From assembly GCA_016191085.1 (NCBI GenBank), contig JACPPJ010000012.1, positions 281 to 64,280 of the forward strand: a DNA stretch of 64,000 bases, read 5' to 3'. The translations under genes were made by a program, and so were the position numbers. This DNA is from Acidobacteriota bacterium (GTDB lineage Bacteria > Acidobacteriota > Terriglobia > 2-12-FULL-54-10). The notes beneath the pieces are model-generated. The model did not search any database, was not told the DNA's origin, and saw only the letters and a list, made by a program, of their open reading frames with translations. Below are positions 9,476-18,882 of the stretch, piece after piece (positions within the stretch are counted from its first letter, which is position 1; every line of letters begins with the position of its first letter).

Positions 9476-11404
9476 TCAGTTCCGGCTCTGTTCGGAGCTT
9501 CGCGTGGTATTTGCAGCTTGCTGGGGAGAGAGCCCGAACGCTTTCATCCATTGCGTGGCGGCTCGGTACTTGGGCGTGAATGTGGCGAGTTCCAACTGTC
9601 CAGCAGCGCCATTCGCGATGGCCATTTCCGCGTTGCGAAGGGACGAAAACTCGATTGTGGGCACTGCTGTGATCTGGTAGGTTGTTCCTGCGTTCAGAGT
9701 CAGCCCTGCTACAGCGGTCCCCTCGGAGACGATCGTGTTCGTCGCGAAGGAACTGCCATCCACACCAACAGCCCGCACTGCCAGCCGCGTTCCTTCCGGC
9801 ACCAGTTCGGTCGAGATGCTCAGTTCCACATCCACCTCGCCGATGGAAGGCACCGCGAGCGTCACGTCTGGTGTTGTCAACGATCCCGTATTGGTGAATC
9901 CGAATTGCTGGTCCACCTGATCTATGTTGATCAACGGCAGATTTGATGGGATGGGCTGCACCGGTCCGTTGCCACGAATGGGCGTGATCGTAGTGGTACC
10001 GCCGAACAGGTCCTGCAGGAATGCTTGGAGTTCGACAGGCCCATCAGGACTGCGTTTGATTCCATCGGAGTCGTTCCCAGCGCTGCTGTCTATGGTCCCC
10101 GACCCTTCGACCAGCAGCGCCGCCAACCGCACCGAGCCCCCGGCGCCGCCCTGGCCTAACGAGACTTGTTCAGAAGGCTGCACACCCGCCAAAAAGCCAG
10201 GTGCTCCAGGTACTGCAATCCTTCCGTTCACGGTGATTCTTTGCGCGGCGGCAATCACCATCGCTTGACTACCATAGCCGCCACCCGCTGCCAGAAAAGC
10301 GTCTCCTCCCGATCCTCCAACTGCAGGATATAACGATCCGGGGGCGGGCAAGGAGCCACTTCGGGGACCGAAACCCGCAGTGGTGATGTCGGATGGAACA
10401 TTGGCGCCAGGAAACGCTAAACCCGAAGCGGAAAGAACGCTGCCCGCGTCCAGCACCGCATCTTGACAAGAAAGGATGATCACCGGCTTAACGCTGCTTG
10501 AGGTTCCCACGAAAGTAACTGAGATTGCCGGTGGCAAGTGCACCGAGATGAAGTTCAGCTTCCCATCAGCAAAAACAGGACCGCTACTTACACCGGGCAA
10601 TTGCGCAGTCGAACTGCCGGCGGGTGACCCAATGGAAAATGTGACCAAGCCGGTGTCCATTGAAATACTTGCCGCCACCGATCCCGCTGGCCAGACCAGC
10701 CCTTTGCTGGGGTCGGTGTTGGCCGGATCCAGCACTCCCTGCGCGCCGGTGCTGCCGCTAATGGGCGCCGGGTTACTTGCAGAGCAGATATCTGACTGGA
10801 CAGCGGAGCCTGCAATGCCCACCGTAAAGCCTCTCCAGTATTCACCGCCGTTCTGCTGAAACGAGATGGAGGTGAAGGTGCCAGGGAACATGATCGTCCC
10901 ATGGCCTTCACCATTGGACGACAACACATTGCCAGTGCCGAAAACCAGATTGCCGCAGCCCCAATAGCCGCAGCCGGAACTCAACACCGTGAACGGCGCG
11001 TTGAAGGTGATCGACGGGCCGTTCAGGCTTACGAAGGCAAAAACCGGGTTCGTGACCGGCTGGGAAAACGTGATGGTGTTGGGTGAGGTCCCGTTGCCAA
11101 ACGCGATGATGTCCGTATTCGGCGACGGGGAGTTGGAAACCGTCGAACTCGTGTAGACATTCGGGTTCCAGTAGTTTGTGCCGCTATTGGTTTGTGCGAA
11201 GTAGACATCGCCTGAGTAAGTTACGCCAATCGTCTGCGACCCCGACAGCGTAATCGCGCCGGACGCCGATCCATTTGTTGCGCCCGCCGTGGCTGTTGTC
11301 CAGTCACTCCAGTAAATGTTGCTGCTGGTTTGTGCTAGCAACAAGCAAGGCATCGCTAGAAATATCGCAAGCAGCAACGTAGAAATTTCACGAACAGACA
11401 CCAT
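9476..11404 (-). CDS. Large secreted protein, paralog A (unassigned beta-rich N-domain plus shared Gly-rich beta-helix-like and Ig-like C-terminal modules)
   Basis: Signal peptide LLLAIFLAMPCLLLAQ. Residues ~205-642 are collinear with residues ~283-726 of the adjacent ORF. Shared blocks are NPAPISGSTG.QG, LSCQD.VLDAGS, AAQRITVNG, GAGGSVRL.ALLVEG.G, TTPDVTL.VP, NAGTTYQITAVP and QWMKAFGL. Confidence 0.7.
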   Translation of the reverse strand: MVSVREISTLLLAIFLAMPCLLLAQTSSNIYWSDWTTATAGATNGSASGAITLSGSQTIGVTYSGDVYFAQTNSGTNYWNPNVYTSSTVSNSPSPNTDIIAFGNGTSPNTITFSQPVTNPVFAFVSLNGPSITFNAPFTVLSSGCGYWGCGNLVFGTGNVLSSNGEGHGTIMFPGTFTSISFQQNGGEYWRGFTVGIAGSAVQSDICSASNPAPISGSTGAQGVLDPANTDPSKGLVWPAGSVAASISMDTGLVTFSIGSPAGSSTAQLPGVSSGPVFADGKLNFISVHLPPAISVTFVGTSSSVKPVIILSCQDAVLDAGSVLSASGLAFPGANVPSDITTAGFGPRSGSLPAPGSLYPAVGGSGGDAFLAAGGGYGSQAMVIAAAQRITVNGRIAVPGAPGFLAGVQPSEQVSLGQGGAGGSVRLAALLVEGSGTIDSSAGNDSDGIKRSPDGPVELQAFLQDLFGGTTTITPIRGNGPVQPIPSNLPLINIDQVDQQFGFTNTGSLTTPDVTLAVPSIGEVDVELSISTELVPEGTRLAVRAVGVDGSSFATNTIVSEGTAVAGLTLNAGTTYQITAVPTIEFSSLRNAEMAIANGAAGQLELATFTPKYRAATQWMKAFGLSPQQAANTTRSSEQSRN

Positions 11405-11418
11405 CGTTCTCCTTCACG

Positions 11419-13599
11419 TCAGTTCTGGGCGGGAGGGGAGGTCTGGGCGCGATGCAGAGCCTGCTCGGTGCCCAGCCCGAATGCTTTCATCCACTGCCGG
11501 GCTGCTACCGGTGCGTGTGGCAATGCCATCTTCTCGGCTTGATCGCCGCGAGCCGTTGCAGTACCGCCGGGGTCTCGTTGCGAGGGAAATGCTGTCGAAG
11601 GCACGGCGGTGATCTGGTACGTCGTTCCGGCATTCAGCGTCAGGAATGCGTATGCAAACGCATCGGAGACGATCGCGATAGTAGAGAACGAACTGCCATC
11701 CGCTCCTACCGCTCGCACGTCCAGCACTGTGCCGTTCGGTACGAGTTCCGTGGACAGGCCCACTTCCACGTCCAGTTGTGCCGTAGGTGGAACGGGCAAA
11801 GTCACGTCCGGCGTGGTGAGTGAGCCGGTATTGGCGAACCCAAACTCTTCAAAGATGGGCGATTCCGTGTTCACCTGATCTATGCTGATCACCGGCAGAT
11901 TCGCCGGGATTGGCTGCACCGGAGCGTTACCGCGAATGGGCGTAATAACCGTGGTGCCGCTGAAGAAGTCTTGCACGAATGCCTGAATTTCAACCGGTCC
12001 CGATGGGGTCCGTACTACGCCATCGGAGTCATTACCTCCGTTGGTCAGGATCATCCCTGTGCCTTCCACCAGCAGAGCCGATAGCCGCACCGATCCTCCC
12101 GCGCCTGCTTGCGCGCCTGGCGTTTCCGTTTGCGTGGCGCTGAGACCCATCGCGCCGATTGTGCCGTTAACGGTGATTCTCTGTGCCGCCGATATCACGA
12201 ATGCCGAGCCTCCGCCGCCTCCGTTGGGGTTCGGGCCGGCAACATCGATGAGTCCCGATCGACCATCGCCTCCGCTTCCTCCTAACGCCGGATACAGAGA
12301 TCCGCTGGCGGGAAATGATCCGGCGCGCGGTCCGAATCCCGCCGGGCTGACCGATGCTGTTGTAGATGTGGCTCCCATAAATGAGCCTGGCACCGGGCCC
12401 GGCCCTACAAATGGCATCGCCGCAAGCGTGCTGCCGGCATCCAGGACCACGTCCTGACAGGAAAGCAGCATAACCGGCGGCTGTAATCCAGTCGATGCGG
12501 TCGTGAACGCCAGGCTTGCTCCCGCACCCAGGTGTACGTTCAGAAAATTCAACCCGTTCGGAAATGCGGGCGCCGTCGTCCTTGCGCCGGGCAGAGTAAC
12601 GGGCGTACCCGTTGGTGCGCCGCTGCTATTCAAAAACGTCATCACGCCGGTGTCGAGGTTCACCCTTGATGAAACCGCGCCCGTGGGCCAAGAAGCCGAA
12701 TCCAGCATCCCCTGTTCGCCTGTACTGCCGCTAATAGGTGCGGGGTTGTTGGGATTGCAGTCGGGAGAAACCTCCGCCGTGGTTTGAAACTGGACATTGA
12801 TGTTGTCCAGGTCCACAGCAATACCAGCATCCCCGCTACGCGCCCCGAACCCCAAGCGGCTCTCGTAAGGCCCCAGCCCGGCAACTGCCGCAAGACTGAA
12901 GTTCGAAAATGCAGTGATGGTTGTCGTAGCGTTGGAAACCCCAACCGTGATCTTCGGGTCGGGTCCGCTTAGGGTGAGGTCCACAGACAGATGCAGAAAA
13001 ATGCTCGGCGTTTGATTGGTACCTGTCGCCAAATCCAGCACGCTGCGATCTATCAGAAAGGACGAAATGATTGTGCCATTGTAGGTGATCCATACACGGT
13101 TCTGCGGCCAAGAGCCGGCCCAGCCGGGGTCGAAGACGCCGAACCCGACGGCGAAGGAGTCCGTCTGTCCACCCGTGGACAGCCGTCCGGCTTCATCGAA
13201 TGCCGGTGGCGCGCCGTTGGTTCCATAGCGACTGGTGTTCAGGAAAATCATCGAGAAGCCGTCCGCACATGCGAATCCGATCCGGGTCCCGCTACAGGTG
13301 ATGCGGAAATCTACTTCGGCTGTGATGCGCGACGCCGCACCAGCTTGGGTCTGATCAAAACCGACGGCATTAAAGGTCCGCATCGTGTATTCTTTGAGCC
13401 GCAGAAAATTTCCAGTGGGCCCGCCCGGGAGAACCCCAGGAGGCGGAGCTGTATTCGGGCCAGGATAATTGGCTCCGACAAACGGCGTGCCCGGCGTGTC
13501 AAAATCTTGAATTGTAGCCCCAAGGGACGGCGTGGAAATACTGAATTGGGCGGTGTACAGTAACATTGACAGCAGCAAAGAAGCGGCTGATTTGCTCAT
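11419..13599 (-). CDS. Large secreted protein, paralog B (L-type lectin/ConA-like N-domain plus the same shared C-terminal modules)
   Basis: Signal peptide MSKSAASLLLSMLLYTAQ. The N-domain has an ADGFSMIFL...SFAVGFGVFD pattern reminiscent of legume-lectin/ConA-like folds. The C-terminal 440 aa is paralogous to ORF 9476..11404, and only 14 nt separate the two genes. Confidence 0.7.
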   Translation of the reverse strand: MSKSAASLLLSMLLYTAQFSISTPSLGATIQDFDTPGTPFVGANYPGPNTAPPPGVLPGGPTGNFLRLKEYTMRTFNAVGFDQTQAGAASRITAEVDFRITCSGTRIGFACADGFSMIFLNTSRYGTNGAPPAFDEAGRLSTGGQTDSFAVGFGVFDPGWAGSWPQNRVWITYNGTIISSFLIDRSVLDLATGTNQTPSIFLHLSVDLTLSGPDPKITVGVSNATTTITAFSNFSLAAVAGLGPYESRLGFGARSGDAGIAVDLDNINVQFQTTAEVSPDCNPNNPAPISGSTGEQGMLDSASWPTGAVSSRVNLDTGVMTFLNSSGAPTGTPVTLPGARTTAPAFPNGLNFLNVHLGAGASLAFTTASTGLQPPVMLLSCQDVVLDAGSTLAAMPFVGPGPVPGSFMGATSTTASVSPAGFGPRAGSFPASGSLYPALGGSGGDGRSGLIDVAGPNPNGGGGGSAFVISAAQRITVNGTIGAMGLSATQTETPGAQAGAGGSVRLSALLVEGTGMILTNGGNDSDGVVRTPSGPVEIQAFVQDFFSGTTVITPIRGNAPVQPIPANLPVISIDQVNTESPIFEEFGFANTGSLTTPDVTLPVPPTAQLDVEVGLSTELVPNGTVLDVRAVGADGSSFSTIAIVSDAFAYAFLTLNAGTTYQITAVPSTAFPSQRDPGGTATARGDQAEKMALPHAPVAARQWMKAFGLGTEQALHRAQTSPPAQN

Positions 13600-13815
13600 A
13601 ATCGGTGATCCAGTGGAGTCTTGTGCTTCCGTGCCGGAATTGGCCGAATCATAAATGCTTCAGGTTCGGAACGGGAGCGGAGTGACGGTTCTCCTGGGGG
13701 GATTCACATACGGCCCGCGAGCGGACAGCGTCCATCATATTGCGATTGCGGCAAAATTCCAATAGTTTTCTTGGCAGCAGCAGCACGACTTGCCAGGAAG
13801 ACTTCGCTTCGCGCT

Positions 13816-16800
13816 TCAATCGCCGTGGGCCATTACCGGAGCGCTGCGGTCGCCATTTGGCGGGACCGGCTCGCCCGTTTCCCTGCCGGCAAGGTAATGC
13901 TCGCAGACGGGACGTCCAAATTTGTAGAACAGCGCCGGAGTTACCATCCAGTCCAGCAGCGTGGAACTGATCAGGCCTCCGGTTATCACCACAGCAATTG
14001 GTTGCAGCAGTTCTTTACCGGCTTCGCCTTTGGCAAAGACGAGAGGCAATACGCCAAGGATAGCGGCCAGCGCGGTCATGAGTACGGGACGCAGCCGTTC
14101 GAGAGTGCCGCGGAAGATCATCTTCTCATCGAACTTTTCTCCCTCGAACTCCACCAGGTGTATGTAGTGGGAGATCATCATGATACCGTTGCGGGCCGCG
14201 ATGCCCATTACGGTGATGAAGCCGATGGTGGACGCTACCGAAAGCACGCCGCCACTGAGGTAAACGGCAACGATACCGCCGACCATGGCTAGAGGCAGAT
14301 TGGACATGATCTGTAAGGCTACGCGGGAAAAGCCGAAATGGCCGTAGAGCAGAACGAAGATGCCGATGATGGCGAAAACGGATAAGATCAATATCAGTTG
14401 AGTGGCGTCCTGTTCGCTCTTAAATTGGCCTTCATAGGCGACATAGTATTCGGACGGCATCTGTATCTGAGTATCAATGCGCTGCCTCAAATCGTTCACT
14501 GCGCTGTTCAGGTCGCGACCCGCCACATTGGCCTGGACTACGATGCGGCGTTGCGCGCTCTCGCGCCAAACTTGGTTAGGAGTGTATCCCATTCGAACAT
14601 CGGCGATGTTGCGCACCGGAATCTTCCCGCCCTCGGGCGTATCAATCAAAATTTCACCGATAGCTTGCATATCGTTGCGGTAGGGTTCATCCAGTCGCAC
14701 AATGAGATCGTAAACGCGCTGGCCATCCAGAATCTGCGACACCACAGTGCCCTGGAGCGCCGTCTCCAGCACCTGGTTCACTTCCCCGATTTGCAGCCCA
14801 TACTCCGCGGCGCGCTTGCGGTCCACCGCAATCTGTACCTCGGGAACGAGTGACTGCTTTTCCACCTGGACGTCGACGATCCCGGGGACGTCCTTCATCA
14901 CCTGTTCAACCTCACTCGCCTTGTCGCGCAGCACGCCCAAATCGGGGCCGAAGAGCTTCAGCGCGATCTGGGCGCGTACGCCGCTCTGCATGTGGTCGAG
15001 CCGGTGCGAGATCGGCTGGCCGACATTCACCGCCACTCCGGGCAGAATTGCAAGCTGATTGCGAATGTCGGCGATAATGGCCTCCTTGTCGCGCCGGCGA
15101 TGGTCGAGGTTGACTTCAATCTCAGTGTAGTAGACGCCCTCGGCGTGGTCGTCCAACTCGGCACGGCCCGTGCGGCGGCCGGTAGAGAGCACACCCGGTA
15201 CCGTGAGCATCAGGTCTTCGGCCAGCTTCCCGATGGCATCCGATTCACTCAAGCTGATGCCGGGATCAGCCAGCACGTTCACAGTCAGCGTGCCTTCGTT
15301 GAATGGGGGCAGAAATTCACGGCCCATCAGCGGTATGAAAGCAAGCGACAGCAGCACCAGAAATGCCGCACTGATCAAAACCTCAGACGCATGCGGCAGG
15401 GTGAAATGCAACAGCTTCACCTGCTGTTTCTTCAACCAGCGCACGATGAAAGCGTCCTCGGCCCGCTCCATGAATCCGGCGCGCGGCAGCAGGTAATAGC
15501 ACATGACCGGCGTCAGCGTCAGCGAGACAACTAGCGAAGCCAATAACGAGACAATAAACGCCACGCCCAGTGGGGCGAACATTCGCCCTTCCACCCCGGA
15601 GAGGAAGAACAGCGGCAGGAACACCAGGATGATAATAAATGTGGCGTATACAATCGAGTTCCGAATCTCTGAAGACGCCTTGAAGACCACCTCGAGCGGC
15701 GTCTCCGGCTCTCCCGCCAGCTTGTTTTCCTTCAGACGACGGAAGACGTTCTCCACGTCCACAATGGCGTCATCAATAATGAGGCCGATGGCCACGGCCA
15801 GTCCCCCCAGCGTCATGGTGTTGATGCTGAGATCGAATGCGCGCATGAATAAGAACGTGATCAGGAACGAAGTGGGGATCGCAACGATATTGATGAGCGT
15901 AGTCCGGAAATTCCACAGGAACAGAAAAAGAATGATGAATACCAGGATGGAGCCTTCCCAAAGGCCCTCCTTCACGTTATTGATGGATCGCTCGATGAAA
16001 TCGGCCTGGCGAAACACATGCGTGTCCATGGTCACGCCGGGAGGCAGAGCGCTCTTTAGAGCCTCCAGTTCGGTCTCCACCGCCTTGGTGAGTGAAATGG
16101 TATCGGCGTTGGGCTGCTTGTAAATATCCACCATGACGGCGGGTGCGCTGGTGGAACCCCCCTTGCCGAATCCGGCACTGCCCCGCATGACGGGTGTGCC
16201 GAACTGTAACCGCGCCACGTCCTGCACTCGAATGGGCTGTTCGTTGCGGTAGGCGACCACGGTCTGGCCGATGTCTTCCAGCCGGTTCGTCCTGCCTAGG
16301 TTGCGGACCATGAACTCGTTATTGGGGCTGATGAGGAACCCACCGGATGTGTTCTGGTTGGACGCTCCGACGGCGAGTTCCAAATCATGCAAGGAGATGT
16401 TGTACTGCTGCAGCTTTTGCGCTGACGCCATTACTTGATACTGTTTGACGCCGCCGCCGATTATGGTGACCTGCGATACGCCGGAGATCCCCAGCAGGCG
16501 CGGCCGGATTACCCAGTCCGCGGCAGATCGAATATCCAGCGGCGAAACTGTTGGCGGAGCTTGCAGCGCTACCAGCATGATCTCACCCATAATCGAACTG
16601 ATCGGCCCCAGCACGGGAGTCAGCCCGACCGGCAGCCGCGAGCGCGCCAGTTCGATCTTCTCAGCCACGATTTGCCGGTCGCGGTAAATGTCCGAATCCC
16701 ACGAGAACTCGACGAACAGTAACGAGAGCCCCACGCCCGACTGGGAGCGAATGCGCTCAACATTGGTGGCGCCGTTCAGCGCGTACTCGAGCGGCAGTGT

Positions 16801-16998
16801 GACTTGTATTTCTACCTCTTCCGGCGCCAGGCCGGGAGCCTCCGTGAAAACGGTGACGGTGGGGCGATTCAGGTCCGGAAAGATATCAACCGCCAGCTCG
16901 TAAAAATACACGTACGCGCCGTAGGCGAGTACGAACGCGGCCACGCTGATGACCAGCAGCCGATTATCGAGGGAAAGCCTTATGATGCGGTTGAACAT
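13816..16998 (-). CDS. CusA/CzcA-family heavy-metal efflux RND permease
   Basis: 1060 aa. The N-terminus MFNRIIRLSLDNRLLVISVAAFVLAYGAYVYFYELAVDIFPDLNRPTVTVFTEAPGLAPEEVE and the overall architecture are typical of the HME-RND family. Confidence 0.9.
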   Translation of the reverse strand: MFNRIIRLSLDNRLLVISVAAFVLAYGAYVYFYELAVDIFPDLNRPTVTVFTEAPGLAPEEVEIQVTLPLEYALNGATNVERIRSQSGVGLSLLFVEFSWDSDIYRDRQIVAEKIELARSRLPVGLTPVLGPISSIMGEIMLVALQAPPTVSPLDIRSAADWVIRPRLLGISGVSQVTIIGGGVKQYQVMASAQKLQQYNISLHDLELAVGASNQNTSGGFLISPNNEFMVRNLGRTNRLEDIGQTVVAYRNEQPIRVQDVARLQFGTPVMRGSAGFGKGGSTSAPAVMVDIYKQPNADTISLTKAVETELEALKSALPPGVTMDTHVFRQADFIERSINNVKEGLWEGSILVFIILFLFLWNFRTTLINIVAIPTSFLITFLFMRAFDLSINTMTLGGLAVAIGLIIDDAIVDVENVFRRLKENKLAGEPETPLEVVFKASSEIRNSIVYATFIIILVFLPLFFLSGVEGRMFAPLGVAFIVSLLASLVVSLTLTPVMCYYLLPRAGFMERAEDAFIVRWLKKQQVKLLHFTLPHASEVLISAAFLVLLSLAFIPLMGREFLPPFNEGTLTVNVLADPGISLSESDAIGKLAEDLMLTVPGVLSTGRRTGRAELDDHAEGVYYTEIEVNLDHRRRDKEAIIADIRNQLAILPGVAVNVGQPISHRLDHMQSGVRAQIALKLFGPDLGVLRDKASEVEQVMKDVPGIVDVQVEKQSLVPEVQIAVDRKRAAEYGLQIGEVNQVLETALQGTVVSQILDGQRVYDLIVRLDEPYRNDMQAIGEILIDTPEGGKIPVRNIADVRMGYTPNQVWRESAQRRIVVQANVAGRDLNSAVNDLRQRIDTQIQMPSEYYVAYEGQFKSEQDATQLILILSVFAIIGIFVLLYGHFGFSRVALQIMSNLPLAMVGGIVAVYLSGGVLSVASTIGFITVMGIAARNGIMMISHYIHLVEFEGEKFDEKMIFRGTLERLRPVLMTALAAILGVLPLVFAKGEAGKELLQPIAVVITGGLISSTLLDWMVTPALFYKFGRPVCEHYLAGRETGEPVPPNGDRSAPVMAHGD

Positions 16999-17007
16999 AC
17001 TACATAC

Positions 17008-17068
17008 AGTGACAAGTGCTGAGTGACAAGTGACAAGATAGCTGGCTCGTCACTCATCACTTGCCACT
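17008..17068 (-). repeat. Intercistronic 20-bp imperfect hairpin (copy 2 of the shared palindromic repeat)
   Basis: On the transcript: AGUGGCAAGUGAUGAGUGAC-21 nt-GUCACUCAGCACUUGUCACU, giving 18 WC pairs, 1 G-U and 1 mismatch. The adaptor gene's TGA stop lies inside the 5' arm. It shares GAGTGACAA and GTCACTCATCACTT with the 8264..8305 copy. Confidence 0.6.
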
Positions 17069-18882
17069 TCCGTTAAGGAACTGCGCGCTTCGTGCTGCGC
17101 CTCGGTCGCCGGGCGCATGGCGCCGAGCAATCCCGCTCCTTTGCTGATCACCTGATCGCCTTGCTGCACGCCGGAGACGACTTGCCACCAGCCGTTCTGC
17201 TTGGCTCCCATTTCCACTTGCATCGGTTGGAACGTCTCGGGCCCAACAGCAATATAGATTCTCTTGGTGGTGCCGTCATCCACGATAGCCTGTTCGGGAA
17301 TGGCTACCGCTTTCTGCCGCGAGCGCGGGAACTCTATCCTCACAAAGCCGCCGATGGCCAGATCTCCATTGGGGTTCGGCACGTCCGCGAGCACGGGCAC
17401 CGTGCGCGTTATGGGGTCCACGGTGTCGCCGATCCAGTGAATCTTTCCCTTCAGAGACCGTTCCGAACGGACAGACGGATGAACCAGAACGGTGTCTCCT
17501 GGTTTCAGCTTCCAGACGTCAGCCAGGTAGACGTCGCCTCGCGCAAACACGACGCTGGTATCACTAATTGTAAAGAGCTTGCGATACTCGCCGTTCAAGT
17601 CCAACTGACCCGGCGTAAAGTCCATAGTGGTGATGATCCCGCTCAGCGGCGAAATTACTGGCGTTTTGCGAGGATCGCGGAACTTGATGACTCCTACATA
17701 ATCGCGGTCCTGCTTGGCGATCTGTTCGTAGACGTCGTTGGTCTCGTCGAACCACTGCTTGGCCCACTTCTGGTCCTGCTCGTAGGCGGGATTGACCTTG
17801 ACGAGCTTTTGAGCGCGCTCGTATTCCACCTGCGCCGCGTCGCGGCGTTCCTTGGCTCTCTGGAGAGCGCCTTTGATATCCAACTGCTTGGCTTCCATCG
17901 GCTGGCGCTCCACCTGCGAAAGTTCCAGGACGATCTGCACCAACTGCTGCCCTTTTTCTACCTTGTCGCCAACGGCCAGCGGTTGCTTGGCAAATTCAAT
18001 GCGGCCCCACAGCGGCGCGACCACTTCGGCGGTGCGGTCGGGCTTGGCTTCCACGGCGCCGTACGAAGAGATAACCTGTTCCACCGGGATCTGCCTAGCT
18101 GCGACAAGCTCGATGCCAAGCGTCTTCTGAATCTCCGTCGGAATCGTGTAGGAGCCGTCTTCATTGGCTTTGACTGGCGTCGTAGGGGCCGTCGAGATCA
18201 TCGGTTTGCGCAAGGCGACGACTTTATCAATGACAAAGAAATTCATGATGAGGAATACCGCCACGGCGCAGACAACGCCGATGAGCGCCGGGCGCACCAT
18301 CTCACTGGGTTGTCCTCCCCGGGCGCGGATCTTCCAGAGCTGCAGGGCGGTCAGGCCAATGATCAAAACCGCAATCGACAGATTTACCCAAAGGCGGAAT
18401 ATCGCGGCGACATTTGTTTTCACAGAAACGGGGAAATCGACAGTTAGGTCTTCGCCCGCTCCCGTGTGAATCACGAAGCGCAGCAACAGAGATCCACTAT
18501 CGCTGAAGTGATATTGATCAACGCCGAACACGCCCGCCTCGCCCTCTTCGTGCAGGTGGATCGAGCGGTCCACAACGGCTTTCGATTTCTCGGAGAGCAC
18601 TGACACATCGGGCTTCACGGCCACCGGCACTTCCGAACCGAGCAGCGGGTCGGGTTTCGGCAGAATCCGCAGTATTTTCAGCTCCATGTTGGTGTCGTCG
18701 CCCGCCACTGGCAGACTCGGCGAGATAGTAAATTCGACGCGATATTTGCCGGTCTTCCCTTCAATCGTGCGCAGCGTCGTTTGTTCGCCCCCGCCTTCAA
18801 CTTCACCGTGAGCCCGCGCGCCGACTGGGAGCAAAATGATTGCGAGCAACACAAGCCACTCGATTGCCGGATGTCGCCTCAT
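17050..18882 (-). CDS. Efflux RND periplasmic adaptor fused to an N-terminal Ig-like (YtkA/FixH-like) periplasmic domain and two TM helices
   Basis: 610 aa. A signal peptide is followed by a ~150-aa beta-rich domain (KYRVEFTISPSLPVAGDDTNMELKIL), two hydrophobic helices, and an HlyD/MFP core with lipoyl-like, coiled-coil and beta-barrel segments. Confidence 0.8.
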   Translation of the reverse strand: MRRHPAIEWLVLLAIILLPVGARAHGEVEGGGEQTTLRTIEGKTGKYRVEFTISPSLPVAGDDTNMELKILRILPKPDPLLGSEVPVAVKPDVSVLSEKSKAVVDRSIHLHEEGEAGVFGVDQYHFSDSGSLLLRFVIHTGAGEDLTVDFPVSVKTNVAAIFRLWVNLSIAVLIIGLTALQLWKIRARGGQPSEMVRPALIGVVCAVAVFLIMNFFVIDKVVALRKPMISTAPTTPVKANEDGSYTIPTEIQKTLGIELVAARQIPVEQVISSYGAVEAKPDRTAEVVAPLWGRIEFAKQPLAVGDKVEKGQQLVQIVLELSQVERQPMEAKQLDIKGALQRAKERRDAAQVEYERAQKLVKVNPAYEQDQKWAKQWFDETNDVYEQIAKQDRDYVGVIKFRDPRKTPVISPLSGIITTMDFTPGQLDLNGEYRKLFTISDTSVVFARGDVYLADVWKLKPGDTVLVHPSVRSERSLKGKIHWIGDTVDPITRTVPVLADVPNPNGDLAIGGFVRIEFPRSRQKAVAIPEQAIVDDGTTKRIYIAVGPETFQPMQVEMGAKQNGWWQVVSGVQQGDQVISKGAGLLGAMRPATEAQHEARSSLTEVASDE

